In this document: positions 15,080 to 17,445 of the stretch, piece after piece
Numbering within the stretch: position 1 is the first letter of the stretch
Layout of the letters: the number at the start of each line of letters is the position of its first letter
Origin: Promethearchaeota archaeon
GTDB lineage: Archaea > Asgardarchaeota > Hermodarchaeia > Hermodarchaeales > Hermodarchaeaceae
Length of the DNA stretch: 17,445 nucleotides
Direction of reading: 5' to 3'
Assembly: GCA_048939245.1 (NCBI GenBank)
Contig: JBHLPR010000048.1
Coordinates: 1-17,445 of the forward strand
The notes under the pieces: model-generated
The model's database searches: none
What the model saw: the letters and a program-made list of their open reading frames with translations, nothing else
What the model was told of the DNA's origin: nothing
Made by a program: the position numbers and the translations under genes

Positions 15080-16877
15080 GTAAATGCTGGCTTTGTGTGG
15101 TGTTCATAGGGCATTCACGAATAAAACTAATGGTATCCTTGAAACCAATCAATATGTGGAAACCTGAAATAGATGGAAAAGCTGTTTCAGATATTAATCA
15201 ATTGGCATCAATCATAGATCGCGAATATGCTTGCCTAAAGAAATACAAGATTTTTAACCAATTACTTTCCCATGCGAAATGTCATTTAATGCTATATCAG
15301 AAGCTATGTAAGCGACAATCACTCGAAAAAGGTGAAATTTCTCGTCTCGCTCGCGAGTTACATGTAAAAAGATTGTTGGTCTCAGCGTTTATTACAAAGG
15401 CTGGTCGACCACGACTTTACTTCTATATTCAACGATGCATATCTAAAACGAAAATATCCACTATCCTTAGAAACCTTCTAAGGCAAACCAATGGAATTTC
15501 CTCGCTGAGCAGGCTCAAGGAAAGACTTGAAACATATTTTTTTATTGACGCGCTTATTGAAAGCAGAACTTACTCACGTCACATAATCCGGTGTAAGAAA
15601 TATTTCGCAGCTCTTCGGGAACTACAGGAAGGAGGGTGTTACAAAGCTGTTTCAAAAACAGTAAAAGTGGAATATTCGAGAGTAATCTGGTGGCTTAGAG
15701 GACAGAAGCCATACTTAGTCGAGCTAGCAAGTCGAATTCCAAAAAAAGTCCCGAAAAAGGGTTACAGATGGCTACCTACTAAAATGGCCATAAATTCTCA
15801 ACCACTAAAGTTAATCGAAGTTCCTAAACAAGTGATTAAATGGAGTCAAATCTCCGCAGTAATCAAAAAGCTTAGACCATTAAAACCAACAGATAAGGCA
15901 CTGAAGATTTTCGGATCAATTTGCCCCGAGTCAGCTTTTAGCTATATTTTGGGAATCATGGTAAGTGATGCAAGTAAACATAAGGATAGTAAATCGTCTA
16001 TAAGGATCGCACTAGGATTATCTAAGAATTATTCTTGGAGTAAACGTGTTGGTAATGCAACATGCCATTATTTGGGGAGACTAGGTATTCGAGCAAAAAG
16101 GGGTAAAGACACTTCATCAAACAAAGGAGATAAATCTAGGTATTTTTGGTATTCAGAACGATCTCCGCTCATAAAATGGATTAATCAAGCCTGTTTAGGC
16201 TTAAACCCAAAACATAACACAACCAACCAAGCAATCATGGCTAATTGGCTGCTAGATGCACCTAGGTCTATTCAAATCAAGTTCTTACAAGGATTAAATG
16301 ACGGAGACGGTTATGCAAGTGTGAAGGCAAAAGCTCTTGGAAACGCATGTCCACCAAATACATTATTAGTGAAAAAAATCCTGAAGGGTCTTGATATTGA
16401 TTCTAAAGCGTATCCAGACAAACTACTAATTAAAAGAAATCAAAGTATTATCAAGGCTACAAATCTTCCATTCTTTCTTCACGCTACAGAGAGGCAAAAC
16501 AATGCCGAAAAAATTGTGAAAATGATCAAGGTGAGAAAGAAAACAGGGAATACCTTTGATGCGTTAGTACAACAAAAGATTAAGAAGTGGTCAAAAAACG
16601 GTCTTTCAAGTGGAGCAATTTCAGAACGCTTCTTCGATGAAACTGGTAAGTCATTTTCAATAACTCAAATACGATATTATGTTAACAAATTTAGAGAAGA
16701 ATAGTTGAAGAAATACAACTTCGTTACATTGAATTATTCATCCTTTGGTAACGTAAAGGGTTTGGATTCATACAGTATTATTTCAGGAAGAGTATCTTTG
16801 TGTTTCTTTAGAAAGGTTATATCCGCGTTTTTATCTCGACCTGAATCAGGAAGTAATTCGGGAATCGTTTCAACCCG
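15080..16877. mobile_element. Free-standing homing endonuclease cassette carrying a replacement 3' end of its host gene
   Basis: A visibly AT-rich block containing a LAGLIDADG ORF plus a recoded trm112 3' end. It is bounded by the point (GS^RVE) where the two copies of the trm112 tail begin. The right boundary is approximate. Confidence 0.8.
15130..16704 (+). CDS. Double-motif LAGLIDADG homing endonuclease-like protein with a long N-terminal region and a C-terminal HTH-like segment
   Basis: Motif 1 FSYILGIMVSDAS (about 15937-15975) and motif 2 FLQGLNDGDG (16282-16311), about 115 aa apart; very basic; no intein splicing motifs. Start is uncertain (GTG 15097, ATG 15130 or ATG 15154). Confidence 0.85.
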   Translation: MVSLKPINMWKPEIDGKAVSDINQLASIIDREYACLKKYKIFNQLLSHAKCHLMLYQKLCKRQSLEKGEISRLARELHVKRLLVSAFITKAGRPRLYFYIQRCISKTKISTILRNLLRQTNGISSLSRLKERLETYFFIDALIESRTYSRHIIRCKKYFAALRELQEGGCYKAVSKTVKVEYSRVIWWLRGQKPYLVELASRIPKKVPKKGYRWLPTKMAINSQPLKLIEVPKQVIKWSQISAVIKKLRPLKPTDKALKIFGSICPESAFSYILGIMVSDASKHKDSKSSIRIALGLSKNYSWSKRVGNATCHYLGRLGIRAKRGKDTSSNKGDKSRYFWYSERSPLIKWINQACLGLNPKHNTTNQAIMANWLLDAPRSIQIKFLQGLNDGDGYASVKAKALGNACPPNTLLVKKILKGLDIDSKAYPDKLLIKRNQSIIKATNLPFFLHATERQNNAEKIVKMIKVRKKTGNTFDALVQQKIKKWSKNGLSSGAISERFFDETGKSFSITQIRYYVNKFREE

Positions 16878-17240
16878 TGAACCGATTGGATAGAACCGTT
16901 GACATTTTTCGCATCTCAGTGCTCCTACCTGCACCTCTAGCCCGTGGAAGTATTCCACTAGGGGCATCAAATCTTGGGGATTTGGTTTTTTCTTCGAGAG
17001 CGCCGCAAACACTTTTCGCGCCTTGATTAACCGTTGATCAAAGACCTTCTCTTTGGACAGATTGTGCACTGGTTCTAACGATGGCTCACTCAACACGCCC
17101 CGCTGATAATGCATCACCAACTCCGCCGCTAACCCCTTCTTGTCCCGTAACCGATTCCGCTTCACATCCACCACATAGGTCGTCAACGGATGCTCCTTAC
17201 AAATCGGACACGCCAAAATATTCAACAACCACGGCTTCAC
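16734..17240 (-). CDS. Trm112-like methyltransferase activator (zinc-binding, long form, 168 aa)
   Basis: (M)KPWLLNILACPICKEHPL...EVQVGALRCEKCQRFYPI...IPELLPD..RD...FLKKH...KPF. GTG at 17240 behind GAGGTG. Confidence 0.87.
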   Translation of the reverse strand: MKPWLLNILACPICKEHPLTTYVVDVKRNRLRDKKGLAAELVMHYQRGVLSEPSLEPVHNLSKEKVFDQRLIKARKVFAALSKKKPNPQDLMPLVEYFHGLEVQVGALRCEKCQRFYPIGSRVETIPELLPDSGRDKNADITFLKKHKDTLPEIILYESKPFTLPKDE

Positions 17241-17280
17241 CGACAGCACCTCAATACGCAAAGTGTGTACCCAACCTACA

Positions 17281-17302
17281 CTTAATAAAACTGCCTTTTT
17301 TC
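17281..17302 (-). promoter_or_regulatory. Putative BRE/TATA promoter of the trm112-like gene
   Basis: Minus strand AAAAAAGGCAG-TTTTATTAAG, about 40 nt upstream of GTG 17240. A short inverted repeat AAGTGT/ACACTT (17261-17283) lies just downstream. Confidence 0.55.
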
Positions 17303-17370
17303 AGACGCCTTTGGACACTGCTCTCATCAAAAAATGGATATCGACTCTTTAAGGATTTAAGTAGTAGATT

Positions 17371-17445
17371 CTATGACGACTCATGCACTTTCTCAGAGTC
17401 TGCCAAAGTTATTCTCTGGTTACGTCGAATCCAATACACATAAGC
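17371..17445 (-). CDS. Possible 3' end of an upstream gene (partial, product unknown)
   Basis: Open frame AYVYWIRRNQRITLADSEKVHESS* from the window edge, resembling the end of a TM helix followed by a basic tail. Too short to be sure. Confidence 0.3.
   Translation of the reverse strand, partial: AYVYWIRRNQRITLADSEKVHESS

Noticed and set aside
15097-16704. LAGLIDADG ORF as an intein, intron-encoded ORF or IS transposase
   Set aside because: It is on the opposite strand to the host gene and has its own stop codon. It has no N-terminal Cys/Ser block or C-terminal His-Asn, and I saw no terminal inverted repeats, short target duplication, BHB at the boundaries or DDE/HUH motifs.
16705-17443. Plus-strand ORFs 16705-16893 and 17081-17443
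   Set aside because: They are antisense to the trm112-like gene and its promoter, with no motifs.

Overview
This is archaeal DNA, probably TACK or Asgard. That placement is inferred from a Sec61-alpha-like SecY, rpl14e, a long Trm112 and Lys/Ala-rich ribosomal protein tails, and it is not verified. Most of the window (1-14773, minus strand) is a ribosomal protein superoperon: rpl22-rps3-rpl29-rnp1-rps17-rpl14-rpl24-rps4e-rpl5-rps14-rps8-rpl6-rpl32e-rpl19e-rpl18-rps5-rpl30-[hsp20]-rpl15-secY-adk-DUF106-cmk-rpl14e-cbf5. Two structures that the ORF track misses stand out. (1) cbf5 is interrupted by a 41-nt bulge-helix-bulge (BHB) type intron at 810-850. Excising it at the canonical bulge positions exactly restores the conserved NLD^KPPGPTSHE motif, and the gene appears to start at CTG. 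(2) An AT-rich, free-standing LAGLIDADG endonuclease cassette of about 1.8 kb sits inside a trm112-like gene. The cassette supplies a synonymously recoded replacement 3' end, and the original 44-codon 3' end is stranded on the far side at 14945-15079. Also seen: an Hsp20 gene between rpl30 and rpl15, long low-complexity tails on S3, L5 and L15, candidate leader hairpins, and no rpl34e, sui1 or rpl3-rps19 block at their usual positions.
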